In this document: positions 42,165 to 55,400 of the stretch, piece after piece
Position numbering within the stretch: the stretch's first letter is position 1
Layout of the letters: every line of letters starts with the position of its first letter
NCBI GenBank assembly: GCA_030390025.1
Contig: JASTWF010000368.1
Coordinates: 124,001 to 188,000, forward strand
Reading direction: 5' to 3'
Length of the DNA: 64,000 nt
From: Squalus acanthias
Lineage: Eukaryota
The notes under the pieces: model-generated
Told to the model about the DNA's origin: nothing
The model's input: only the letters and a program-made list of their open reading frames with translations
Database searches by the model: none
Translations under genes and position numbers: made by a program

Positions 42165-42310
42165 GATATGGCACAGAAGGAGGCCGTTCAGCCCATCATG
42201 CTGTGCCAGCTCTTTGAAAAATGGGAGCCAATTAGCCCCACTTCCATCTCCGCCGCCTCTGTCCCCATAGCCCTGCAAATCCTCCCCTTCGTTTATTTCT
42301 CCCGCTCCGT
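42165..42310 (-). mobile_element. Degraded CR1 3' UTR fragment
   Basis: GGCACAGAAGGAGGCCGTTCAGCCCATC is the reverse complement of the CR1 tail seen at 54600-54640. Confidence 0.6.
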
Positions 42311-42409
42311 CCAAAGGGAGGGGTTTGACCCCAGAGATCAGATAGACCGGTTAATGCCCCGGTATAACATCGGAGTACGAGTCTGAAGACAGCTACTCTC
42401 TGTCTGAAC

Positions 42410-44945
42410 CCCATCACCCCTCACCTACCCTCTGCCTCCACCCTCCGAAACCCTCAACCCGAGCACCGAACCCCTCACCTACCCTCCCCGTCCCCACCCC
42501 TGAATCCCTCACCCCCTGAACCCCTCACTCCCCTCACCCCTGAAACCCTCACCCCCAAACCCCTCTCACCCAAACTCCGAACCCCCCCGAACACCTTACT
42601 CCCCTCACCCCCAAACCCTCACTCCCCGCACCCTCTGAAACCCTCACCCACCCTCCATCCCCACCCCTGAATCCATCACTCCCCTCACCCCCTGAAACCC
42701 TCACCCCCAAACCCCTCTCACCCCAAACTCCGAACCCCCCGAACACCTTACTCCCCTCACCCCTGAAACCCTCACTCCCCTCATCCCCTGAAACCCTCAC
42801 CCCCAAACCCCTCTCACCCCCAAACTCCGAACCCCCCCGAACCCCTCACTCCCCTCACCCCTGAAACCCTCACCCCCAAACCCCTCTCACCCCCAAACTC
42901 CGAACCCCCCCGAACCCCTCACTCCCCTCACCCCTGAAACCCTCACTCCCCTCACCCCTGAAACCCTCACTCCCCTCACCTCTGAAACCCTCACTCCCCT
43001 CACCCCTGAAACCCTCACTCCCCTCACCCCTGAGACCCTCACTCCCCTCACCCCTGAAACCCTCACTCCCCTCATCCCTGAGACCCTCACTCCCCTCACC
43101 CCTGAAACCCTCACTCCCCTCACCCCTGAAACCCTCACTCCCCTCACCCCTGAGACCCTCACTCCCCTCACCCCTGAAACCCTCACTCCCCTCACCCCTG
43201 AAACCCTCACTCCCCTCACCCCTGAAACCCTCACTCCCCTCACCCCTGAAACCCTCACTCCCCTCACCCCTGAAACCCTCACTCCCCTCACCCCTGAAAC
43301 CCTCACCCCCAAACCCCTGAAACCCTCACCCCCAAACCCCTGAAACCCTCACTCCCCTCACCCCTGAAACCCTCACCCCCTCACCCCTGAAACCCTCACC
43401 CCCAAACCCCTGAAACCATCACTCCCCTCACCCTCTGAAACCCTCACCTACCCTCCATCCCCACCCCTGAAACCCTCACTCCCCTCACCCCTGAAACCCT
43501 CACCCCCAAACCCCTCTCACCCCAAACTCCGAACCCCCCGAACACCTTACTCCCCTCACCCCTGAAACCCTCACTCCCCTCACCCTCTGAAACCCTCACC
43601 CCCAAACCCCTCTCACCCCAAACTCCGAACCCCCCGAACACCTTACTCCCCTCACCCCTGAAACCCTCACCCCCTCACCCCCTGAAACCCTCACCCCCAA
43701 ACCCCTCTCACCCCAAACTCCGAACATCCAAAACCCGAACACCTTACTCCCCTCACCCCTGAAACCCTCACTCCCCTCATCCCCTGAAACCCTCACCCCC
43801 AAACCCCTCTCACCCCAAACTCCGAACCCCCCCGAACCCCTCACTCCCCTCACCCCTGAAACCCTCACCCCCAAACCCCTCACACCCCAAACTCCGAACC
43901 CCCCCGAACCCCTCACTCCCCTCACCCCTGAAACCCTCACTCCCCTCACCCCTGAAACACTCACCCCCAAACCCCTCTCACCCCAAACTCCGAACCCCCC
44001 AAACCCCTCACTCCCCTCACCCCTGAAACCCTCACTCCCCTCACCCCTGAAACCCTCACTCCCCTCACCTCTGAAACCCTCACTCCCCTCACCCCTGAAA
44101 CCCTCACTCCCCTCACCCCTGAGACCCTCACTCCCCTCACCCCTGAAACCCTCACTCCCCTCACCCCTGAAACCCTCACTCCCCTCACCCCTGAAACCCT
44201 CACCCCCAAACCCCTGAAACCCTCACCCCCAAACCCCTGAAACCCTCACTCCCCTCACCCCTGAAACCCTCACCGCCAAACCCCTGAAACCCTCACCCCC
44301 AAACTCCTGAAACCCTCACTCCCCTCACCCTCTGAAACCCTCACCTACCCTCCATCCCCACCCCTGAAACCCTCACTCCCCTCACCCCCTGAAACCCTCA
44401 CCCCCAAACCCCTCTCACCCCAAACTCCGAACCCCCCAAACACCTTACTCCCCTCACCCCTGAAACCCTCACTCCCCGCACCCTCTGAAACCCTCACCTA
44501 CCCTCCATCCCCACCCCTGAACCCTTCACTCCCCTCACCCCCTGAAACCCCCACCCCCAAACCCCTCACCCCACTCACCCCAAACTCCGAACATCCAAAA
44601 CCCCGAACACCTCACTCCCCTCACCCCTGAAACCCTCATCTACCCTCTGTCCCCACCCCCTGAACCCCTCACTCCCCTCACCCCTGAAATCCTCGCCTAC
44701 CCTCCGACCCCACCCCCTGAACCCCTCACTCCCTCACCCCTGAAATCCTCGCCTACCCTCCGACCCCATCCCTGAACCCCATTCCCCTCACCCCCTGAAA
44801 CCCTCACCCCAAACCCCTCTACCCCAAACTCTGACCCCTCAAAACCCCCATTCCCTTCACCCCCGAGCCCTCACCTACCCTCCTCCCCCCCACGCCCAAC
44901 CCCTCACCTACCCTCCACCCCCACCCCCCGTGTTCCCCCAAGCTC
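42410..44945. repeat. C-rich 24-bp compound minisatellite (CCCTCACTCCCCTCACCCCTGAAA) in gene B intron 2
   Basis: Tandem units with mixed variants. Confidence 0.95.
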
Positions 44946-44956
44946 CCCTCACCTAC

Positions 44957-45060
44957 CCGTGGCTGCAGCAGCAGAATTTCGGTGATCCAGGAGAAGATGA
45001 AGAAGAGCATGTTTAGGTACAGACACATATGCAGGACTGGGTTTGCAACAAAGTCATCAC
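44957..45060 (-). CDS. Gene B exon 2 (TMEM17-like): GDDFVANPVLHMCLYLNMLFFIFSWITEILLLQPR
   Basis: Acceptor CTTTCCTTGGCAG, donor CGG|GTAGGT; 104 nt, phase 1 to 0; matches TMEM17 'EMVSSLALQMSLYFNTYYFPLWW'. Confidence 0.92.
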
Positions 45061-45174
45061 CTGCCAAGGAAAGAGATGCGAGACATAAGAACATACAAAT
45101 TAGGAGCAGGAGTCGGCCATACGGCCCCTCAAGCCTGCAATTGACTGCTAACCTGGTGTGATTGGATCAGTCGA

Positions 45175-48100
45175 TTGACCCATTTTATCTCCTCCCACAG
45201 CTCATGTACACTGTATCCTCTCATGGACTTTACCCACCCATTTAACCTCCTCCCACAGCCTATGTACACTGTATCCTCTCGTGGACTCTACCCACCCATT
45301 TAATCTCCTCCCACAGCCCATGTGCACTCTCCACTATCATTGACTCTACCCACCTATTTAATCTCCTCCCACAGCCCATGTACACTCTACCCTATCATGG
45401 ACTCGACCCACCCATTTAATCTCCTCCCACAGCCCACGTACATTCTCCCCTATCATGGACTCTACCCACCTATTTAATCTCCTCCCACAGCCCATGTACA
45501 CTCTCCACTATCATTGACTCTACACACCCATTTAATCTCCTCCCACGGCCCATGTACACTCTCCCCTATCATGGATTCAACCCACCCATTTAATCTCCTC
45601 CCACAGCCCATGTACACTCTACCCTATCATGGACTCTACCCACCCGTTTATTCTCCTCCCACAGTCCATGTACACCCTCCCCTATCATGGACTCGACCTA
45701 CTCATTTAATCTCCCACGGCCCATGTACACTCTTCCCTATCATGGACTCTTACCTCCAATTTAATGTCCTCCCACAGCCCATGTACACTCTCCCCTATCA
45801 TGGACTCGACCCACCCATTTAATCTCCTCCCACGGCCCATGTACACTCTCCCCACCCATTTAATCTCCTCCTACAGCCCATGTACACTCTCCCCTATCAT
45901 GGACTCGACCCACCCATTGAATCTCCTCCCACAGCCCATGTACACTCTCCCCTATCATGGACTTGACCCACCCATTTAAACTCCTCCTACAGCCTAGATC
46001 TAGACTTGAATATAGGGGTATGATTAAGAAGTTTGCAGATGATACTAAAATTGGCTGTGTGGGTGATACTGAAGAAGGAAGCTGTAGACTGCAGGAAGAT
46101 ATCAATAAATTGGTCAGGTGGGCAGAACAGTGGCAAATGGAATTCAATCCGGAGAAGTGTGAGGTAATGCATTTGGGGAGGGCTAACAAGGAAAGGGAAT
46201 ACACATTAAATGGTAGGACACTGAGTCGTGTAGAGGAACAAAGGGACCTTGGAGTGCATGTCCACAGATCCCTGAAGGTAGCAGGCCAGGTAGATAAGGT
46301 GGTTAAGAAGGCATACGGAATGCTTGCCTTTATTAGCCGTGGCATAGAATACAAGAGCAGGGGGGTTATGCTTCAACTGTATAAAACACTAGTTAGGCCT
46401 CAGCTAGAGTACTGCGTGCAGTTCTGGTCACCACATTACAGGAAAGATGTGACTGCACTAGAGAGGGTACAGAGGAGATTTACAAAGATGTTGCCGGGAG
46501 TAGAGAATCTTAGCTATGAGGAAAGACTGGATAGGCTGGGTCTGTTTTCCTTAGAACAGAGGAGGCTGAGGGGAGACCTTATTGCGGTGTATAAAATTAT
46601 GAGGGGCATAGATAAAGTGGATAGAAAGGACCTATTTCCCTTAGCAAAGGGGTCAAAAACCAGGGGGCACAGATTTAAAGTAATTGGGGGAAGGTTTAGA
46701 GGGGATTTGAGGGGAAATTTCTTCACCCAGAGGGTTGTGGGGATCTGGAACTCACTGCCTGAAAGGGTGGTAGAGGCAGGAACCCTAATCACATTTAAAA
46801 AGTACTTGGATGTGCACTTGGGATGCTCTAACCTGCAGGGCTACGGGCCAAGAGCTGGGAAGTGGGATTAGGCTGGATAGCTCTTTGTTGGCAGGCGTGG
46901 ACACGATGGGCCGAATTGGCCTCCTTCCGTGCTGTAACGTTCTATGATTCTATGATTCTACAGCCCATGTGCACTCTCCCCTATCATGGACTCTACCCAC
47001 CCATTTAATCTCCTCCCACAGCCCATGTACACTCTCCCCTATCATGGACTCTACCCACTCATTTAATCTCCTCCCACAGCCCATGTACACTCTCCCCTAT
47101 CATGGACTCTACCCACTCATTTAATCTCCTCCCACAGCCCATGTACACTCTCCCCTATCATGGACTCTACCAACCCATTTACTCTCCTCCCACAGCCCAT
47201 GCACACTCTCCCTTATCATGGACTCTACCCACCCATTTACTCTCCTCACACAGCCCATGCACACTCTCCCCTATCATGGACTCTACCCACCCATTTAATC
47301 TCCTCCCATGGCCCATGCACACTCTCCCCTATCATGGACTCTACCCACCCATTTAATCTCCTCCCACAGCCCATGTACACTCTCCCCTATCATGGACTCT
47401 ACCCACCCATTTAATCTCCTCCCACGGCCCATGTACTCTCTCCTCACCCATTGAATCTCCTCCCACAGCCCATGTACACTCTTCCCCCATCATGGACTCT
47501 ACCCTCCCATTTAATCTCCTCCCACGGCCCATGTACACTCTCCCCTATCATGGACTCTACCCACCCATTTAATCTCCTCCCACAGCCCATGTACACTCTC
47601 CCCTATCATGTACTCGACCCACCCATTTAATCTCCTCCCATGGCCCATGTACACTCTCCCCTATCATGGACTCTACCCACCCATTTAATCTCCTCCCACA
47701 GCCCATGTACACTCTCCCCTATCATGGACTCGACCCACCCATTTAATCTCCTCCCACGGCCCATGTACTCTCTCCTCACCCATTTATTCTCCTCCCACAG
47801 CCCATGTACGCTCTCCTCACCCATTGAATCTCCTCCCACAGCCCATGTACACTCTCCCCTATCATGGACTCTCCTCACCCATTGAATCTCCTCCCACAGA
47901 CCTTGTACACTCTCCCCTATCATGGACTCTACCCACCCATTTAATCTCCTTCCACAGCCCATGCACACTCTCCCCTATCATGGACTCTACCCTCCCATTT
48001 AATCTCCTCCCACGGCCCATGTACACTCTCCCCTATCATGGACGCTACCCACCCATTTAATCTCCTCCCACAGCCCATGTACTCTCTCCCCTATCATGTA

Positions 48101-49222
48101 CTGGACCCACCCATTTAATCTCCTCCCATGGCCCATGTACACTCTCCCCTATCAGGGACTCTACCCACCCATTTAATCTCCTCCCACAGCCCATGTACAC
48201 TCTCCCCTATCATGGACTCGACCCACCCATTTAATCTCCTCCCACGGCCCATGTACTCTATCCTCACCCATTGAATCTCCTCCCACAGCCCATGTACACT
48301 CTTCCCCCATCATGGACTCTACCCACCCATTGAATCTCCTCCCACAGCCCATGTACACTCTCCCCTATCATGGACTCTACCCTCCCATTTAATCTCCTCC
48401 CACAGCCCACGTACACTCTTCCCCAATCATGGACTCTACCCTCCCATTTATTCTCCTCCCACAGCCCATGTACACTCTCCCCTATCATGGGCTTTACCCA
48501 CCCATTGAATGTCCTCCCACAGCCCATGTACACTCTCCACTATCATGGACTCTACCCACCCATTTACTCTCCTCCCACAGCCCATGTACACTCTCCCCTA
48601 TCATGTACTCTACCCACCCATTTATTCTCCTCCCACAGTCCATGTACACTCTCCCCTATCATGGACTCGACCCACCCATTTATTCTCCTCCCACAGTCCA
48701 TGTACACTCTCCCCTATCACAGACTCTACCCACCCATTTAATCTCCTCCCATGGCCCATGTACACTCTTCCCTATCATGGATTCTACCCACCCATTGAAT
48801 CTCATCCCACAGCCCATGTACACTCTCCCCTATCATGGACTCTACCCACCCATTTATTCTCCTCCCACAGCCCATGTACACTCTCCCCTATCACAGACTC
48901 TACCCACCCATTTATTCTCCTCCCACAGCCCATGTACACTCTCCCCTATCATGGACTCTACCCACCCGTTTAATCTCATCCCACAGCCCATGTACACTCT
49001 CCCCTATCACAGACTCTACCCACCCATTTAATCCCCTCCCACAGCCCATGTACACTCTCCCCTATCATGGACTCTACCCACCCATTTAATCCCCTCCCAC
49101 AGCCCATGTACACTCTCCCCTATCATGGACTCTACCCACCCATTTAATCTCCTCCCACAGCCCATGTACACTCTCCCCTATCACGGACTCTACCCACCCA
49201 TTGAATCTCCTCCCACAGTCCA
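45175..49222. repeat. 58-bp minisatellite in gene B intron 1, interrupted by a CR1
   Basis: Unit CCACCCATTTAATCTCCTCCCACAGCCCATGTACACTCTCCCCTATCATGGACTCTAC. Confidence 0.97.
45995..46957 (+). mobile_element. Young 5'-truncated CR1 LINE with uninterrupted ORF2 C-terminus
   Basis: Open frame from KFADD to the stop at 46871; (TTCTATGA)n tail; flanking CTACAGCC direct repeat at 45987-45994 and 46958-46965. Confidence 0.95.
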
Positions 49223-49224
49223 GA

Positions 49225-49760
49225 AATAGAATTAAAATGGCTATCGAAATGTTGGCCTCTATCTCAAGAGGGCTGAAATACTAAGGGCTGGAAGTCATGC
49301 TTCAGTTGTACTGAGCACTGGTCAGACCCCATCTGGAGTAACTGCATTCAGTTCTGGGCGCCCCACCTCAGGAAGGATGTATTGGCCTCGGAGTGGGGTG
49401 CAGGGCAGAGTCACCCGTGTGATACCAGTGCTCCAAGGGTTAAATTCCGAGGACAGGTTGCACAGACTGGGCTTGTCTACCCTCGAGTGTAGAAGATTAA
49501 GGGTCGATCGAATCGAGGTGTTTAAGATGATTAAAGGAGTTGATAGGGTAGATGGAGAGAAACTATTTCCTCTGGTGGGGGGAGTCCAGAACAAGGGGGC
49601 GCATAGCCTTAAAATTAGAGCCAGGCCGTTCAGGGAGCGCTTGATGTCAGGAAGCACTTCTTCACACAAAGGGGAGTGGAAATCTGGAACTCTCCCCCCC
49701 AAAAAGCTGTTGAGGCTGGGGGTCAATTGGAGCTTTCAAAACCGAGATCGATAGATTTTT
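49225..49760 (+). mobile_element. Degraded CR1 ORF2 3' fragment
   Basis: RLHRLGLSTLECRRLRVDRIEVFKMIKG. Confidence 0.8.
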
Positions 49761-49764
49761 GTTT

Positions 49765-51032
49765 GAAAAATTATATCGTGCTTTTCATGACCTCAGGACG
49801 TCCCAAAGCGCTTTACCTTTGAAGTGTAGCCATTGTTGTAATGTCAGGCAACGCGGCAGCCAATTTGCGCACAGCAAGCTCCCACAAACAGTAAGGTGGA
49901 TAAATGCGAGGTTATCCACTTTGGTGGCAAAAACAGGAAGGCAGATTATTATCTGAATGGCAATAGATTGGGAGAAGGGGAAGTGCAACGAGACCTGGGT
50001 GTCCTTGTGCACCAGTCGCTGAAGGTAAGCATGCAGGTGCAGCAGGCGGTGAAGAAGGCAAATGGTATGTTGGCCTTCGTAGCGAGAGGATTCGAGTACA
50101 GGAACAGGGATGTCCTGCTGCAGTTGTACAGGGCCTTGGTGAGACCACACCTTGGGTATTGTGTGCAGTTTTGGTCACCTTATCTGAGGAAGGATGTTCT
50201 TGCCATGGAGGGAGTGCAGCGAAGATTCACCAGACTGATACCTGGGATGGCAGGAATGACGTATGAAGAGAGATTGGGTCGATTGGGCTTATATTCACTA
50301 GAGTTTATAAGAATGAGAGGGGATCTCATTGAAACTTATAAAATTCTAACAGGACGAGACAGACTAGATGCAGGAAGAATGTTCCCGATGGCGGGGGAGT
50401 CCAGAACCAGGGGTCACAGTCTAAAGATAAGGGGTAAGCCATTTAGGACTGAGATGAGGAGGAATTTCTTCACCCAGAGAGTGGTGAACCTGTGGAATTC
50501 TCTACCACAGAAGGTAGTTGAGGCCAATTCATTAAATATATTCAAGAAGGAGTGAGATATATTTCTTAAGGCTAAAGGGATCAAGGGATATGGGGAGAAA
50601 GCAGGGACAGGGTACTGAGTTTGGATGATCAGCCATGATCTCATTGAATGGCGGAGCAGGCTCGAGGGGCCGAATGGCCTACTCCTGCTCCTATCTTCTA
50701 TGTTTCTATGTATGTGATAATGACCAGATAACATGTTTTTTGTAGTGATGTTGGTTGAGGGATTATTATTGGTCGCAGGACACCGGGGAGAACTCTCCTA
50801 TGCTCTTCTTCAAAATAGTGCCACAGGCTCTTTTACGTTCACCTGAGAGAGTAGTCGGAGCCTCGGTTTAACGTCACGTTGAAAGACGGCAGCTCCGACA
50901 GTGCAGCACTCCCTCAGCACTGCACTGGGAGTGTCAGCCTAGATTTTGTGCTCAAGTCTCTGGAGTGGGGCTTGAGCCCTCAACCTTCTGACTCAGAGGC
51001 GAGTGTGCTACCCACTGAGCCACGACTGACAC
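49765..51032 (-). mobile_element. SacSINE1-like SINE split by a CR1 insertion
   Basis: SINE sequence stops at ...ACAGTAA (49894) and resumes at TGTGATAATG (~50713), running on to the tRNA head at ~51030. Confidence 0.85.
49895..50712 (+). mobile_element. CR1 LINE 3' portion, nearly identical to 41016-41830
   Basis: DKCEVIHFGGKNRKADYY...; same tail sequence. Confidence 0.95.
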
Positions 51033-51039
51033 CTGTTAA

Positions 51040-51465
51040 GGCGCATAGACCCAAGGCGGGCAGATGGAATTAAGATACAGACTTGCAATGATCACATTGA
51101 AAGGCGGAACAGGCTCGAGGGGCTGAATGGCCTCCTCCTGTTCCTGTGTAAGAGGGGCTGACTGGCCTCCTCCTGTTCCTGTGTAAGAGGGGCTGAATGG
51201 CCTCCTCCTGTTCCTGTGTAAGTGGGGCTGAATGGCCTCCTCCTGTTCCTGTGTAAGAGGGGCTGACTAGCCTCCTCTTGTTCCTGTGTAAGAGGGGCTG
51301 ACTGGCCTTCTGTTTCTGTGTAAGAGGGGCTGAATGGCCTCCTCCTGTTCCTGTGTAAGTGGGGCTGAATGGCCTTCTCCTGTTGCTGTGTAACAAGCTT
51401 GAGGGGCTGAATGGCCTCCTGTTTCTGTGTAAGAGGGGCTGAATGGCCTCCTCCTATCCCCATGT
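51040..51465 (+). repeat. CR1 3'-UTR-derived minisatellite (GAGGGGCTGAATGGCCTCCTCCTGTTCCTGTGTAA)
   Basis: Tandem amplification of the CR1 tail hairpin region. Confidence 0.85.
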
Positions 51466-51469
51466 GAGA

Positions 51470-51938
51470 GAGAGAAAGACTTGCATTTTTATAGCGTCTT
51501 TCACCACTGGACGTCCCAAAGCGCTTTACAGCCAATGAAGTACATTTTTGAAGTGTAGTCACTGTTGTAATGTAGGAAACGGGGTAGCTAATTTGCACAC
51601 AGCAAGCTCCCACAAACAGCAATGTGATAAATGACTAGATAATCTGCTTCAGTGATGTTGATTGAGGGATAAATATTGGCCCCAGGACACCAGGGATAAC
51701 TCCCCTGCTCTTCGAAATAGTGGCTTTGGGATCTTTTACATCCACTTGAGAGAGCAGGCGGGGGACTCGATTTAACGTCTCATCTGAAAGACAGCACCTC
51801 CGACAGTGTCGCAATCCCTCAGCACTGCACTGGAGTGTCAGCCTAGATTTTTGTGCTCAAGTCTCTGGAGTGGGACTTGAACCGCACAATCTTCTGACTC
51901 AGAGGCGAGAGTGCTACCCACTGAGCCACGAATGACAC
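51470..51938 (-). mobile_element. Full-length SacSINE1-like SINE without expansion
   Basis: Head, core and tail are collinear with 968-1845 but contain a single internal unit. Confidence 0.9.
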
Positions 51939-51947
51939 CTAGGTTAG

Positions 51948-52850
51948 TTCTCATTGAATGGCGGAACAGGCTCGAGGGGCTGAATGGCCTCCTAATATAA
52001 CAGTCTCAAGGGGCTGAATGGCTTCCTAATGTAACAGTCTCAAGGGGCTGAATGGCCTCCTCCTGTTCCTAATGTAACAGTCTCAAGGGGCTGAATGGCC
52101 TCCTCCTGTTCCTAATGTAACAGTCTCAAGGGGCTGAATGGCCTCCTCCTGTTCCTAATGTAACAGTCTCAAGGGGCTGAATGGCCTCCTTCTATTCCTA
52201 ATGTAACAGGCTCGAGGGGCTGAACGGTCCCCTCCTGTTCCAGAACTAGGGGTCATAGTCTCAGGATAAGGGGCCGGCCTTTTAAGACTGAGATGAGGAG
52301 GATTTTCTTCACTCAGACGGTTGTGAATCTTTGGAATTCTCTACCCAAAGTGCTGCGGATGCCCAGTCGTCGAGTATATTCAAGGCTGAGATCGATTCGA
52401 TTTTTGGACTCTCGGGGAATCAAGGGAAATGGGGATCGGGCGGGAAAGTGGAGTTGAGGTAGAACATCAGCCATGATCTAATTGAATGGCAGAGCTGGCT
52501 TGAGGGGCTGAATGGCCTCCTCCTCTTCCTAATGCAACAGGCTCGAGGGGGCTGATTGGCCTCCTCCTGTTCCTAATGTAACAGATAAGAGGGGCTGAAT
52601 GGCCTCCTATTGTCCCCTGTGTAAGAGGGGCTGAATGGCCTCCAGCTGTTCCTGTGTAAGAAGGGCTGAATGGCATCCTGTGTAACAGGCTTGAGGCCGA
52701 ATGACCTCCTCCTGTTCCCTATGGGACAAAGACCCTGTAAGAGGGGCTGAATGACCTCCTCCTTGTTCCCTGTGGGACAAAGTCCCTGTAAGAGGGGCTG
52801 AACGGCCTCCTCCTGTTCCCTGTGGGACAAAGACCCTGTAAGAGGGGATA
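51948..52850 (+). repeat. CR1-tail-derived minisatellites flanking a CR1 3' fragment (~52240-52500)
   Basis: Repeated AGGGGCTGAATGGCCTCCTCCTGTTCC; central SRTRGHSLRIRGRPFKTEMRR frame. Confidence 0.85.
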
Positions 52851-52951
52851 GATTGGGGTGATGCCAGGATGAAAGATGGCAGCCCCCAAACCCCTCACGC
52901 GGTCCCGGTGTGTTGTTCCCCCGCTGCCATCTTTTATGCTGGCACGCTGAC

Positions 52952-53042
52952 CTGGCTGGAACGGAAGCTGGTCGGCGTCGATTACGTCTTCGAAGGCGCG
53001 GATGCGCTTGCGCAGTCCCTCCGCTAGCGCTTGGTCTTCCAT
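52952..53042 (-). CDS. Gene B exon 1 (TMEM17-like): MEDQALAEGLRKRIRAFEDVIDADQLPFQP
   Basis: Kozak context GCCGCCATGG; resembles TMEM17 'LPDPVRQRLGNF'; donor CAG|GTCAGC is phase 1 and in frame with exon 2. Confidence 0.85.
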
Positions 53043-53250
53043 GGCGGCCCGCCCGAATCTCTCTCTGTCTCTCTCTGCTGTGCGGCGGCTGGCTGGCTGG
53101 CGGGGTGGAGGGGGGAGCTTTAGCGGGGAGAAAAGGGCCAACAGGCGGCCTGTAGGGGGAGGGGAGAGAGGGGGCGGGGCCTGCCATTGTTGCCGGGGCA
53201 ACGTCACCCTGACCCGCGCCTGCGCACTGACCCAGACGCGCACTGAACCT
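53043..53250 (-). promoter_or_regulatory. Gene B promoter/5' UTR with palindromic RFX X-box and GC box
   Basis: GTTGCCGGGGCAAC 53189-53202 overlapping ACGTCA; GGGGCGGGGC 53171-53180; CpG-rich. Confidence 0.75.
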
Positions 53251-53795
53251 TAAAGGGACCGACCCCCCCTTAGACAACTTAAAGGGACCCCCTCTAAGCA
53301 ATCTTAAAGAAATCCCCTCTTAGCAATCTTAAAGGGAACCCCCCTCTTAGCAAACTTAAAGGGACCCCCCTCTTAACAATCTTAAAGAAACCCCCTCTTA
53401 GCAACCTTAAAGAAACACCCCTCTTTTCAATCTTAAAGAGATCCCATCTTAGCAATCTTAAAGGGACCCCCCCCTTAGCAACCTTAAAGAGACCGTCTCG
53501 TAACAATCTGAAAGGGACCCCCACTTAGCAACCTTAAGTAGCCCCCCCCTTAGCAACCTTAAAGGGACCCCCTCTTAGCAATCTTAAAGAAACCCCCCTT
53601 TTAGCAACCTTAAAGTGACCCCCGCTTACCAATCTTAAAGAAACACCCCTTGGCAATCTTAAAGAAACACCCTTTGGCAACCGTAAAGGGACCCCTTCTT
53701 AGCAGTCTTAAAGAGACCTCCTCTTAGCAATTTTAAGAGACACCTCCCCCTAAGCAACCATAAAGAGAACCACCCCCCCTTAGCAACCTTAAAGA

Positions 53796-54650
53796 GCAAC
53801 AGGACATAGAAAGGCTAGCAGAATGAGCAGACAAGTGGCAGATGGAATTTAATATAGAGAAGTGTGAGGTGATGCATTTTGGCAGAAGGATCAGGGAGAT
53901 GCAATATACACTTAATGGCACAGTTTTAAAGATGTGCAGGGACAGAGGGACCTGGGAGTTAATGTGCATAGGTCCCTGAAGGTGGCAGGACATATTGAGA
54001 GAGTGGTTAGCAAAGCATATGGGATCTTGGGCTTCATAAATAGAGGTATTGAGTACAAAAGTAGAGAAGTTATGCTGAACCTTTATAAAGCGCTGGTTAG
54101 GCCACAACTGGAGTATTGCGTCCAGTTCTGGTCACCACACTTTAGGAAGGATGTGAAGGCCCTTAGGAGGGTGCAGAGGAGATTTACGAGAATGGTTCTG
54201 GGGATGGGGGATCTTAGCTACAAGGACAGGTTGGAGAAGCTGGATTTGTTTACATTAGAGCAAAGCAGGTTGTGGGGTGATTTGATAGACGTGTACAAGA
54301 TTATGACGGGTTTGGATAGGCTAGACGGGGAAAGGCCGTTCTCACTAGTTGATGGTACAAGGACTAGGGGACACAGATTGAAGGTTTTGGGCAAGAGACA
54401 CAGGGGGGATGTGAGGGAAAACTTTTTTACGCATCGAGTGGTGAGGACCTGGAACTCGCTGCTGACGGAAGTGGTGGAAGCGGAGACACTCAATGTTTTC
54501 AAGGGGAGACTGGATAGGCACTTGAGGGAAATAAACTTGCAGGGCTACGGGGATAGAGCGGGGGAATGGGACTGACTGGATTGCTCTACAGAGAGCTGGC
54601 ACGGACTCGATAGGCCGAATGGCCTCCTTCTGTGCCGTTATGACTCTATG
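53796..54650 (+). mobile_element. CR1 LINE 3' portion
   Basis: LVRPQLEYCVQFWSPH...FFTHRVVRTWNSL; (ATGACTCT)-type tail. Confidence 0.92.
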
Positions 54651-54684
54651 ATCCCCCCTTAGCAACCTTAAAGGGACCTCCCAT

Positions 54685-55068
54685 ACAAATGGCATTAAGG
54701 GATATGGGCCAAAGGCGGGTATATGGAGTTAGGTTGCAGATCAGGAGGAATTTCTTCTCTCAGAGGGTCGTGAATCTTTGGAATTCTCTACCCCAGAGAG
54801 CTGTGGAGGCTGGGTCATTGAGTATATTCAAGGCAGAGATTGACAGACATTTGAACTACAAGGGAGTCGAGGGTTATGGGGAGAGAGCGGGAAAATGGTG
54901 TTGAGGCCAAGATTGGATCAGCCATGATCTTATTGAATGGCGGAGCAGGCTCGAGGGGCCGATTGACCTACTCCTGCTCCTGAATCTTATGTTCTTATCA
55001 GCCATGATCTCATTGAATGGCGGAATAGGCTCAAGGGGCTGAATGGCCTCCTCCTGTGTCTGTGTTAT
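54685..55068 (+). mobile_element. Stacked CR1 3' end fragments
   Basis: RRNFFSQRVVNLWNSLP plus two tail copies. Confidence 0.85.
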
Positions 55069-55400
55069 TGGGTCAGTGATATCATGACGCTGGCTGTGGC
55101 CGGGCCCAAGACATCATGATGCTTAAAGGGACCCCTCCTTAGCAATCTTAAAGAGACCCCCTCTTAGCAACTTTAAAGGGGCCCGTCTTAGCAATCTTAA
55201 AGAGACCCCTCTTAGCAATCTTAAAGAGACCCCTCTTAGCAATCTTAGAGACCGCCCTCTTAGCAACCTTAAAGAGACCCCTCTTAGCAACCTTAAAGAG
55301 ACCCTCTTAGCAACCTTAAAGAGACTGCCCTCTTAGCAACTTTAAAGAGACCCCCATCTTAGCAATCCTAAAGAGACCCCCCTCTTACCAACCTTAAAGA

